From Clostridia bacterium (GTDB taxonomy: Bacteria; Bacillota; Clostridia; DUPQ01): a stretch of 53,298 bases of DNA. Made by a program: the position numbers and the translations under genes. Below, piece after piece: positions 31,187-39,448 of the stretch (the stretch's first letter is position 1; the number at the start of each line of letters is the position of its first letter). The stretch covers positions 1 through 53,298 of the forward strand of contig JAFGQE010000150.1 of the NCBI GenBank assembly GCA_016935835.1, in the 5' to 3' direction. The notes under the pieces were generated by a model that worked only from the letters and a program-made list of their open reading frames with translations, ran no database searches and had not been told where the DNA came from.

Positions 31187-32581
31187 ATGAAAAAATATAA
31201 AAGAATTCTGGATATTCTGGCAGGGGCGGCTTTATTCGCAACCATCGCCCTGATATTGCCTGATGGGTTCGCCGCGGAGGCGAAGATAGCCATGGGAATG
31301 ATAGCGATGATGGTTTACTGGTGGATAACCCGGCCGGTGCATTATGCAGTCACCGCATTGGTTCCTTTGGTGGTCAACTCAGTTTATCCAATGATTCCCA
31401 TGGCTGATCTGCTCGGGGAATATGCGGACCCTATAGTTTTGCTGATACTCGGGGCAAGCATCCTGACGGCCGCCTGGACCCTTCACGGGCTTGACAAGAG
31501 AATAGCGCTGAAATCCCTGACATGGATAGGAACATCGGTCAATAAGCAGCTGGCCGTTTGGTTTCTGCTCGCGGTTGGCATGAGTGCATTCCTGCCAAAC
31601 ATGGTTGTAGCCGCGGCGTTGTGCCCGGTGGCGTATGCGATGATGAAATACTCAGGCGGTTCGAATGACGGAAAAACATCAAATCTTTTGCTGCTTGCAA
31701 TAGTATGGGGCGCTGGAATCGGCGGAATCGGAACACCCATGGGCGGTGCGATGAACCTGGTTGTGATATCGAACATAGAAAAGCAAACGGGCAATGAGTT
31801 TCTTTACTGGGAATGGGTTGCGCGGATATTCCCGTTCCTGCTGGTGCTGTCGGCGGTTGTCCTTGCATATATTTTATTAATAAGGAAGGATACCCGTGAA
31901 CTTGAAGGGAGCAAGGAATATTTCAAAACACAGCTTCAGGCCGCGGGTCCATTGAGCAAGCCTGAGGCAGCTGTACTGCTTCTTTTTCTGTTTGCCGTTG
32001 CATTGTCGTTCACAAGGCCTTTTTACCAGGGCTTGTTTCCGGGTTTCACCCCGCCGTTCGCCTTTTTGTTGATGGGCCTTATGACATTCCTGATAAAACC
32101 CAGGGGACATGGCCGGCTGATGGACTGGAATTATACGGCGGCAAATATCAACTGGGGTCTTCTCATTCTTTTTGCGGGAGGGCTGGCAGCGGGCGGATTG
32201 ATAACCGGAACGGGAGCGGCCGAATCCATGGCAGTGATGTTAAATGACAACGGCTCTGCCGGAGTGATTGGTGCGGTCATGGTCATTGCGGCAGTAGGTA
32301 TGTTCCTTGCAAACGCTTCAAGCAATACTGCCGCGTGCGCGGTTCTGGTTCCCATGGTGATTACCATTGCGGTCGGAATGGGCCACGACCCGCTGCCATA
32401 TGTGTTCCTGACCGCCGCGGCATGCAACAGTGCATATGCGCTGCCGACGTCAATCAGGGCGGTTCCGGTCGGATACGGACTGGACACAGGCTTTATGTTC
32501 AGGAAGGGTATGATTGCCATTCTGATATCATATGCGGCCCTTGTTTTGTCGGGATACGCATATATATTGCTTTTGGCATAG
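31187..32581 (+). CDS. SLC13/DASS family anion (sulfate/dicarboxylate) transporter
   Basis: GIGGIGTPMGGAMN, INWGLLILFAGG, SSNTA motifs; many TM segments; extended -10 TGATATAAT near 31150. Confidence 0.85.
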   Translation: MKKYKRILDILAGAALFATIALILPDGFAAEAKIAMGMIAMMVYWWITRPVHYAVTALVPLVVNSVYPMIPMADLLGEYADPIVLLILGASILTAAWTLHGLDKRIALKSLTWIGTSVNKQLAVWFLLAVGMSAFLPNMVVAAALCPVAYAMMKYSGGSNDGKTSNLLLLAIVWGAGIGGIGTPMGGAMNLVVISNIEKQTGNEFLYWEWVARIFPFLLVLSAVVLAYILLIRKDTRELEGSKEYFKTQLQAAGPLSKPEAAVLLLFLFAVALSFTRPFYQGLFPGFTPPFAFLLMGLMTFLIKPRGHGRLMDWNYTAANINWGLLILFAGGLAAGGLITGTGAAESMAVMLNDNGSAGVIGAVMVIAAVGMFLANASSNTAACAVLVPMVITIAVGMGHDPLPYVFLTAAACNSAYALPTSIRAVPVGYGLDTGFMFRKGMIAILISYAALVLSGYAYILLLA

Positions 32582-32593
32582 GCGGTGAGTCTT

Positions 32594-32824
32594 ATGAAAG
32601 AAAATGCCAGGATGCTGGATTGTTTCGGGGACATGTGTCCCTTGCCCTTGCTCAGAATAGAGGCTGAAATTCCCAGGACCGGGAAAGGGGACAGCTTTGT
32701 GGTTGTCACTGACCACAGCTGCGTGCTTGAATCAATAAAAGACAAATACAAGGACAAGAACATAACGATGGAAATAGAGGAAGTTATGAACGGCGTATGG
32801 GAAATTACATTTACGAAGCTATGA
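32594..32824 (+). CDS. TusA/SirA/YeeD family sulfur carrier
   Basis: LDCFGDMCPLP (CPxP motif), GDSFVVVTDHSC, WEITF. Confidence 0.85.
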   Translation: MKENARMLDCFGDMCPLPLLRIEAEIPRTGKGDSFVVVTDHSCVLESIKDKYKDKNITMEIEEVMNGVWEITFTKL

Positions 32825-32870
32825 AAAGAGTATTCACAGGCCTTTGCCTGATATATATATGACGCTTGCC

Positions 32871-33770
32871 TCAGCAGAATGATTTCGTTCCTTTGCTTAT
32901 GAACCAGGATATGAATTCCTCGACCTGGCGCGAATGGCTTTTCTTAAACAGAAGTATCATCTCGAGGTCCATGTTGAAATCAGGTACCTTTATTTGCTTG
33001 AAATCCTTTTTGTACAGCTCCTCCTTCACGGAGATATACGGGAGAAATGCAAGCCCGTAATTCCTGGATATCATGATCTTGGCGCCCTCTATCCCCTCGA
33101 CCTCCATGTGGCAGTTGAGGTTGTCCCTGGCGTAACCGAGTTTCTTAAGGTTGTTCATAAGGATATCGTTGATATCATTCCTTCCTGTAAATGTTATTAT
33201 ACAGGCATCCAGGAGTTCTTCGATTGACAGGACGTCCGGGTTGGACGGAATGTTTTTTCCCGCCAGTACGATATTGTTTATTCCTGTCTTGATCGAAACC
33301 ACATCCTTGGGAAGCCGGAGGGGACCGGTGAAATATGAAAAGCCTATATCGCAGATATTATTGACGACATCCGTGGCGATATCCGTGGAAAGACGGGATT
33401 TCAATTCGTACTTGTGCGACGGAAACTGCTTGTTGGCGAGCATGAGGGTGCATGGGAGCGCATAATTGGCTATGGCGCTGCATGCTTCTATCTTGATCAG
33501 CTCCCCGACGCCGCCCTGTGTCTTGATTTCATCAAGCATCTCATCATAGGTGCGTATTATATTTTCAGCGAACTTATAGACTGTCTCGCCCGCAGGGGTC
33601 AGAACCACCCCTTTGTTGCTTCTTTCAAGCAGCTTGCAGGACATGTCCGCCTCCAGCTTGCTTATCTGCTGGCTCAGGGCGGATTGCGAGATATGGGCTT
33701 CACCCGCTATGCTGCTTATGCTGCCCGCGTTTGCAATCTTATAAAAGAATTTCAAAGATTCTATATTCAT
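32871..33770 (-). CDS. LysR family transcriptional regulator
   Basis: HISQSALSQQISKLE...LLERSNKGVVLTPAG HTH; about 300 aa; divergent from the yeeE operon. Confidence 0.93.
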   Translation of the reverse strand: MNIESLKFFYKIANAGSISSIAGEAHISQSALSQQISKLEADMSCKLLERSNKGVVLTPAGETVYKFAENIIRTYDEMLDEIKTQGGVGELIKIEACSAIANYALPCTLMLANKQFPSHKYELKSRLSTDIATDVVNNICDIGFSYFTGPLRLPKDVVSIKTGINNIVLAGKNIPSNPDVLSIEELLDACIITFTGRNDINDILMNNLKKLGYARDNLNCHMEVEGIEGAKIMISRNYGLAFLPYISVKEELYKKDFKQIKVPDFNMDLEMILLFKKSHSRQVEEFISWFISKGTKSFC

Positions 33771-33834
33771 ACCAGGCTCCGTTCGGCATTTTGTTGAGTG
33801 CGGCCGCAGGTGTAAATTATATCACAGCTCTGCC

Positions 33835-33869
33835 ATAAAAAAAACTTATACTGCATAAGCAAAACGGAT
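33835..33869. promoter_or_regulatory. Tandem LysR T-N11-A boxes
   Basis: ATAA-N7-TTAT (33835-33849) and ATAAGCAAAACGGAT (33855-33869) in the lysR/yeeE divergent region. Confidence 0.65.
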
Positions 33870-33948
33870 ATATCCATTTCCCGTGCATATGTTAAAATCG
33901 TTAAGGAATGTTAATTTATTAACAAAGTTTTGGAAAGGATGTGAAAAA

Positions 33949-34641
33949 GTGACTGAAGGAGTGGAAAGGAAATCCTCAAGGGCTTCGGCCGGGGGAGCCA
34001 AGCGAAAGAAAAAGAACCAGCTTCCGATTGCGGTTGTCATTTTCGTCGTCATAGCAGGAATAGGCGTATGGCTTGGCTTCAGGGGTGAGAACCTTCTTTT
34101 GTACTGGCTGCTGGGCCTGGCATTCGGGTTTGTCCTGCAAAGGTCAAGATTTTGTTTCACGGCTTCCATGAGGGATCCGTATCTGACGAAAAGCACATCG
34201 ATAACCAGGGCGGTGCTGATTGCGTTCGCGTTGACAAGCATCGGGTTCACCGCGATAAAATACGGTTATTTCGCGAACGGTCTTGCCATACCCGGGCAAA
34301 GCTTCGTCGCCACGATAAGCATAGCGACGGCCGTAGGCGCAATAATGTTCGGAATAGGCATGGTCATAGCGGGCGGATGCGCATCAGGAACGCTCATGAG
34401 GGTCGGCGAGGGTTTTTGGATGCAGGTTATATCCCTTTTCTTCTTTATCGTGGGATCCCTCTGGGGAGCGCATGATTTCGGATGGTGGAAAAGAACTTTC
34501 ATGCTGAAAGGATTCGAGGTGTTTTTACCCGATTACCTTGGATGGCTGGGCGGACTGGGCGCCAACCTGCTTATAATAGCGGTCATTTATGTCATAGCGC
34601 ATAAATGGGAGAAAAAGCACAGCAACGAGCTGTCGCACTAA
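33949..34641 (+). CDS. YeeE/YedE thiosulfate/sulfur transporter, N-terminal half protein
   Basis: GFVLQRSRFCF and FGIGMVIAGGCASG motifs; GTG start after AAAGGA. Confidence 0.9.
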   Translation: MTEGVERKSSRASAGGAKRKKKNQLPIAVVIFVVIAGIGVWLGFRGENLLLYWLLGLAFGFVLQRSRFCFTASMRDPYLTKSTSITRAVLIAFALTSIGFTAIKYGYFANGLAIPGQSFVATISIATAVGAIMFGIGMVIAGGCASGTLMRVGEGFWMQVISLFFFIVGSLWGAHDFGWWKRTFMLKGFEVFLPDYLGWLGGLGANLLIIAVIYVIAHKWEKKHSNELSH

Positions 34642-34663
34642 AAAATAATTGGAGGAAATTGAA

Positions 34664-34894
34664 ATGAGTAAAGAAGTTGTATTGGATTGTCTGGGAGAGG
34701 CTTGCCCGATCCCCTTGGTCAAGAGCGAGAAAGCCATTGAGAAAATGGCTGTCGGCGACGTGCTTGTAGTACAGGTTGACCACAGTTGCGCGATGAAGAA
34801 TGTTCCCGAGTGGGCCAGGAAACAAGGATATGAAGTTGAAGTCGAGGAAGTCGACGACGGCGAATGGGAAATCATAATAGAAAAGACAAAATGA
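34664..34894 (+). CDS. TusA/SirA/YeeD family sulfur carrier
   Basis: LDCLGEACPIP, GDVLVVQVDHSC, NVPEWA..GY, WEIIIEK. Confidence 0.9.
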   Translation: MSKEVVLDCLGEACPIPLVKSEKAIEKMAVGDVLVVQVDHSCAMKNVPEWARKQGYEVEVEEVDDGEWEIIIEKTK

Positions 34895-34928
34895 CAAACC
34901 GGTAAAATTCTGCAGGAGGTGAAAGGCC

Positions 34929-35477
34929 TTGAAGGCATTTTTCGAAAAAATCAAAGAGAACGAATTTTACAAGCTTTGGTTCAAGGATGCGCTGCCGTAT
35001 GTAACCGGTGCGGTTCTGCTGTCGGTTTTCCAGATCGTGACGTTTGCGACGACAGGCAACCCATGGGGAGTTTCCGGGGTTTTCGCGGAGTGGGGCGCAT
35101 GGATCTTTGAATTGTTCGGCGGCTCGGTTGACAAATGGTATTATTTCAGTTCGCCTGGGGCACAGGCGACGCTGAATGCCGGAATTCTGAACCATGCCCC
35201 GACATGGAGAAACCTGGGGATAATCGCCGGCGCATTGTTCGCCGCCATGATGGCCTCCGGTTTCAAGATCAAGAAAATCAAGTCCTACAAGCAGGTGGTC
35301 GCCGCGGTCCTTGGAGGTTTGCTCATGGGCTATGGAGCAAGGATTGCGTTTGGCTGCAACATCGGCGCGCTTTACAGCGGGATAGCGTCGCTGTCGCTTT
35401 CAGGATGGGTTTTCGCGGCATTCATGTTCGTGGGAGCGATCATCGGAAGCAAGCTGCTTGTAAAATATTTTATGTAA
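34929..35477 (+). CDS. YeeE/YedE transporter, C-terminal half protein
   Basis: PWGV, GGLLMGYGARIAFGCNIGA motifs; TTG start with AGGAGG RBS. Confidence 0.9.
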   Translation: MKAFFEKIKENEFYKLWFKDALPYVTGAVLLSVFQIVTFATTGNPWGVSGVFAEWGAWIFELFGGSVDKWYYFSSPGAQATLNAGILNHAPTWRNLGIIAGALFAAMMASGFKIKKIKSYKQVVAAVLGGLLMGYGARIAFGCNIGALYSGIASLSLSGWVFAAFMFVGAIIGSKLLVKYFM

Positions 35478-35492
35478 GAAGGAAGTATTGAA

Positions 35493-36713
35493 ATGGATAG
35501 AGAAAAAATCGTGGAAAAGTATGACGTCGTTATTATCGGCGGAGGAGCTTCAGGGCTGACCGCAGGGATATACTGCGGACGGGCGAGGCTGAACACCCTT
35601 GTGCTCGAGGAATCGCTCGTAGGAGGAATTGCCACGAATACCTGGGAGATTGAGAATTATCCCGGATTTCCCGAAAGTATCTCGGGCACCGGGCTTATGA
35701 ACCTGTTCTACCAGCAGGCAAAGAAATTCGGCGTCAAGTTCAAGCTGACGAATGTCAAGAATGTTGATTTTTCAGGCGATGTCAAGATAGTCGAGACGTT
35801 CAGGAACAGATATGAGGCAAAGGCCGTAATAATCTGCAACGGAAGCAAACCAAGGCTTACCAATGCTGAAAATGAACAGCAGTACATCGGCAAGGGCATA
35901 GCCTTCTGTGCGACATGCGATGCCGCCTCATGCACGGGGGAGGAAGTCCTGGTTATCGGGTCAGGCGATGCGGCCATCGAGGAGGGAATGTTCCTTACCA
36001 AGTTCGCAAGCAAGGTCAAGGTATCCATCATTCATGACGAGGGAATCATGGACTGCAATGCGATTGCAAAATCGGCGGCCCTTGCAAACCCGAAGATGGA
36101 GTTCCTGCACAACACGGTTGTCGAGAGATTCGAGGGCGGGGAAGAGATGAACAGGGTAATCCTGAAAAATCTAAAGACCGGCGCACTTGTTCCGGTCGAC
36201 TGCTTCAGATGTTTCCTTTTCATCGGTTATATACCTAACACATCCCTTTACAAAGGCATTATCGATATGAGCGGGAAGGGCTATATACTTACCAATGAGA
36301 ACATGGAAACCAACGTTCACGGCGTGTTCGCGGCGGGCGACGTCAGGGAGAAATTCCTGCGCCAGGTTGCGACTTGCGTCGGCGATGCCGCGACGGCGGG
36401 TGTAATGGCGGAGAAGTACATAGCCGAATCCGAGATATTCGAGAATATAATTATGAACGGCAACGGCATCGCGTATATATATGATGCGTCGGATGCGGAA
36501 CACAGGGAGTTCCTTGAGGAGATAGAGAAGCTTGAGGCCGAGTATGACGAATACTGCTGCCATAAGGTGGACACATATAAATCCCAGGGACTTGCCAAGA
36601 GACTGTGCAAGACCGGGCACTGTCCTTCCGTCGTAATCATCAAGAATGGAAAAATCGTCAAGGTGATTGACGAGGAGCACCTTAGCAAAAAGAACATAGA
36701 GGAAAATCTGTGA
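35493..36713 (+). CDS. trxB: Thioredoxin reductase-like flavoprotein with C-terminal degenerate thioredoxin-like domain
   Basis: IIGGGASG, IENYPGF, CATCD, GVFAAGDVR, RQVATCVGD; about 95-aa extension ending PSVVIIKNGK. Confidence 0.85.
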   Translation: MDREKIVEKYDVVIIGGGASGLTAGIYCGRARLNTLVLEESLVGGIATNTWEIENYPGFPESISGTGLMNLFYQQAKKFGVKFKLTNVKNVDFSGDVKIVETFRNRYEAKAVIICNGSKPRLTNAENEQQYIGKGIAFCATCDAASCTGEEVLVIGSGDAAIEEGMFLTKFASKVKVSIIHDEGIMDCNAIAKSAALANPKMEFLHNTVVERFEGGEEMNRVILKNLKTGALVPVDCFRCFLFIGYIPNTSLYKGIIDMSGKGYILTNENMETNVHGVFAAGDVREKFLRQVATCVGDAATAGVMAEKYIAESEIFENIIMNGNGIAYIYDASDAEHREFLEEIEKLEAEYDEYCCHKVDTYKSQGLAKRLCKTGHCPSVVIIKNGKIVKVIDEEHLSKKNIEENL

Positions 36714-36736
36714 TTTTTATGAAAGGAAGGGAGCAA

Positions 36737-37633
36737 GTGAAAAAAACTGTTTTATTGATTACGCTGGTCCTGATGATCACAGTCATGCTGTCCGGATGCG
36801 GAAGCTTTGATTTCGCGGAAACCGGCGGATATATCGTAACTCCCAAGGAAGCCCTTGAAATGGCCGGCAACGGTGCAATACTCATTGATGCGCAATCGGC
36901 GGCGGACTACGGTCTCGCCCACATTGAAGGCGCGGTCAATATACCGATGTCGGAACTGGTGGTCAACGAACCTTATGCGAACATGCTTGCCGGTTCATCA
37001 CAGATCGAGCAATGCCTGGGTGCAGCGGGAATAACTGAAAATGACATGCTGCTGGTTTATGACAATAGTTCGAACATGGCGGCTGCAAGGGTGCAGTGGA
37101 CCCTCAACATGTACGGCAATTTCAATGTTCGCGTCGTAAGCGGCGGAATAAACGCATTGAAGGATGCAGGGGCGAAGACCACCATGGCGGCCGTGGAATT
37201 GCCTGAGGCCGAATACAAGGCCGGCGACACGCAGAAGAACCTTATAGTTACGCTTGATTATATCAAGTCGCAGCTCAACATGCCGGACGAAAACACGGTT
37301 ATCATCGATACAAGGAGCTTCGAGGAGTACAGGGCCGGCACGATACCGGGATCGGTGCACATAGAGTATATATGGAATAATTACGCCACGGGCGAGTACA
37401 AGAGCGTCCGCGACATACAGATTACCTATCTTGACAAAGGCATCATGCCGGAGATGAAGCTGATCCTTTTCTGCAAGACATCGGTAAGGGCGGCGCAGAC
37501 CTATACGGCATTGAAAAACGCAGGCTACAGGGATGTAAGGATTTATGACGGGGCATGGCTCGAATACGAGGACGTTGAAAATCCTGCGCCTCCGTCTGAA
37601 GATACGCCTCCTGAACCACAGGATGCGTCATAA
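36737..37633 (+). CDS. Tandem-domain rhodanese/sulfurtransferase lipoprotein
   Basis: Lipobox LSGC; AHIEGAVNI, IDTRS..EY..GTIPGS, catalytic FCKTSVRA, YDGAWLEY. Confidence 0.9.
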   Translation: MKKTVLLITLVLMITVMLSGCGSFDFAETGGYIVTPKEALEMAGNGAILIDAQSAADYGLAHIEGAVNIPMSELVVNEPYANMLAGSSQIEQCLGAAGITENDMLLVYDNSSNMAAARVQWTLNMYGNFNVRVVSGGINALKDAGAKTTMAAVELPEAEYKAGDTQKNLIVTLDYIKSQLNMPDENTVIIDTRSFEEYRAGTIPGSVHIEYIWNNYATGEYKSVRDIQITYLDKGIMPEMKLILFCKTSVRAAQTYTALKNAGYRDVRIYDGAWLEYEDVENPAPPSEDTPPEPQDAS

Positions 37634-37648
37634 GGAAAGGAAATATTT

Positions 37649-39241
37649 ATGAAGAAACTATTAGTTATTTTAATTGCGCTCGTGATGATTTTCACGGCTG
37701 GATGCGCCTCAACGGGGTCCGTGGAGGATGCCGCGACAAAGTATTTCGCGGAATATCCCGGCAACCGCATAGTTGAATGGGCGGATGTGTTTGCGAAGAT
37801 GGATGCGGGCGACGAGCCTTTCATCCTGAGCATAAGGTCCGCTGAGGATTATGCAAAGGCCCATATCAAGGGGGCTTACAACGCCGCATGGGGCGCGGAC
37901 CTCGCAGGCAAGGTTGCGATGCTTCCCACCGACAAGCCCGTCTATGTCTACTGTTATTCGGGACAGACCGCAGGCCAGGCGATCGCCCTGATGAATATGC
38001 TTGGAATCGAGGCATATTCAATTAAATCAGGCTTCAACTACGGTGCGATGAAAATCAGCGGCTATGAGGCTTATGTCGATACCTCCGCAGTAACCCTTCC
38101 AGATGCCGGGGCAAAGATGGACAAGAAGATCCTTGAGTTTGTCGAGGGATACTTCAGCACGGTTGCAGACAACGCCAACAACATCATTGCATCCGCTGAT
38201 GCGAAACCCCTAATTGAAGCAGGCGATGTTCTGGTTGTCGACATCAGAAGTGCAGCCGACTACGAAAAGGCCCACATAGACGGGGCTGTCAGCCTCCCGT
38301 TCGGAGCCGGAATGCAGGGGAAATTTGAAAATCTTCCAATGGATAAAAAACTTATCGTTGCCTGTTACTCCGGGCAGACAGCAGGACAGGCCGTTGCGAT
38401 TATGAAAGCCCTTGGTTACAATGCGGTATCCCTGAGATTTGGAATGGGGGACAACGGCTGGGCGGGATTCGTCAAGTCAGCGGCCGCGAACAACTATTTC
38501 GCTGATTATCCGGGGAACAGGATAGTTGCATGGGAAGATCTTTTCGCAAAGATGGACGCAGGCGAGGAACCATTCATACTCAGCATAAGGTCGGCTGAGG
38601 ACTATGGCAAGGGACACATCAAAACCGCAATGCTTGCCGCCTGGGGACAGGACCTTGCGGACAAGGTCTCCATGCTTCCTACGGACGAAACGGTATATGT
38701 GTACTGCTACTCCGGCCAGACGGCGGGACAGGCAGTGGCCATGTTCAATATGCTCGGAATAGATGCAGTATCGGTAAAAGCAGGCTTCAATTACGGTGCG
38801 ATGAAGATAGAGGGCTATGAAGCCTATGTAACTACCGATGCAACGGAACTTGCCGATGCGGGTGCGGATTTTGACGCGGTCATGCTCAATGAAGCGGTCA
38901 AATACTTCGCCGGAATAGCTGACAATGCAAGTTATAAGATCGGCTGGGACGACACGCTTGCAGCCGTGGAGGCAGGCGAGGCAACCGTAGTTGACATCAG
39001 GAGAGCCGAGGACTTCGCGGCGGGCCATATCCAGGGAGCCGTAAATGTTCCTTTCGGCGAAGGTATGCAGGAAAGCTTCGGTACTCTTCCTTCAGGCAAA
39101 CTGATAATCGCATGCTACACGGGACAGACGGCCGGTCAGGCTACGACGGTTCTCAGGATGCTTGGCAAGGATGCCGTGTCGCTTCATTTCGGAATGACGG
39201 CGGGCTGGGTGGCCAACGGATATCCTGTTGTAACGGACTGA
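37649..39241 (+). CDS. Four-domain rhodanese lipoprotein (internal duplication)
   Basis: Lipobox TAGC; four rhodanese domains with CYSGQT (three) and CYTGQT (one); two ~251-aa halves. Confidence 0.88.
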   Translation: MKKLLVILIALVMIFTAGCASTGSVEDAATKYFAEYPGNRIVEWADVFAKMDAGDEPFILSIRSAEDYAKAHIKGAYNAAWGADLAGKVAMLPTDKPVYVYCYSGQTAGQAIALMNMLGIEAYSIKSGFNYGAMKISGYEAYVDTSAVTLPDAGAKMDKKILEFVEGYFSTVADNANNIIASADAKPLIEAGDVLVVDIRSAADYEKAHIDGAVSLPFGAGMQGKFENLPMDKKLIVACYSGQTAGQAVAIMKALGYNAVSLRFGMGDNGWAGFVKSAAANNYFADYPGNRIVAWEDLFAKMDAGEEPFILSIRSAEDYGKGHIKTAMLAAWGQDLADKVSMLPTDETVYVYCYSGQTAGQAVAMFNMLGIDAVSVKAGFNYGAMKIEGYEAYVTTDATELADAGADFDAVMLNEAVKYFAGIADNASYKIGWDDTLAAVEAGEATVVDIRRAEDFAAGHIQGAVNVPFGEGMQESFGTLPSGKLIIACYTGQTAGQATTVLRMLGKDAVSLHFGMTAGWVANGYPVVTD

Positions 39242-39257
39242 TTTAAATTATTAATCC

Positions 39258-39288
39258 AAAGCCCCCGGATATGCCGGGGGCTTTTTTT
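39258..39288 (+). terminator. Rho-independent terminator ending the sulfur operon
   Basis: AAAGCCCCCGG-ATATG-CCGGGGGCTTTTTTT. Confidence 0.9.
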
Positions 39289-39306
39289 AAATCATATTAT
39301 GTAATA

Positions 39307-39412
39307 GGGAAATCATCCCTGGGATAAAAGGTCGAAAATGGGGAAATCATCCCAGGTATGAAAATCATCCCAGGGATAACTTTCCGAAAATGGGAAATAA
39401 ACCAAGGAATGA
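39307..39412. repeat. Tandem ~52-bp duplication containing four ATCCCWGGGAT-like palindromes
   Basis: AAATCATCCCTGGGATAA, AAATCATCCCAGGTATGA, AAATCATCCCAGGGATAA, AAATAAACCAAGGAATGA, with the linker CGAAAATGGG present twice. Confidence 0.8.
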
Positions 39413-39448
39413 ACTGCCGGTATGGGTTTTTCTTGATATCGGCCTGCG

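Noticed and set aside
31187-39241. Selenocysteine (in-frame TGA) recoding in the sulfur cluster
   Set aside because: All catalytic positions are ordinary Cys codons and each TGA falls at a natural protein end.
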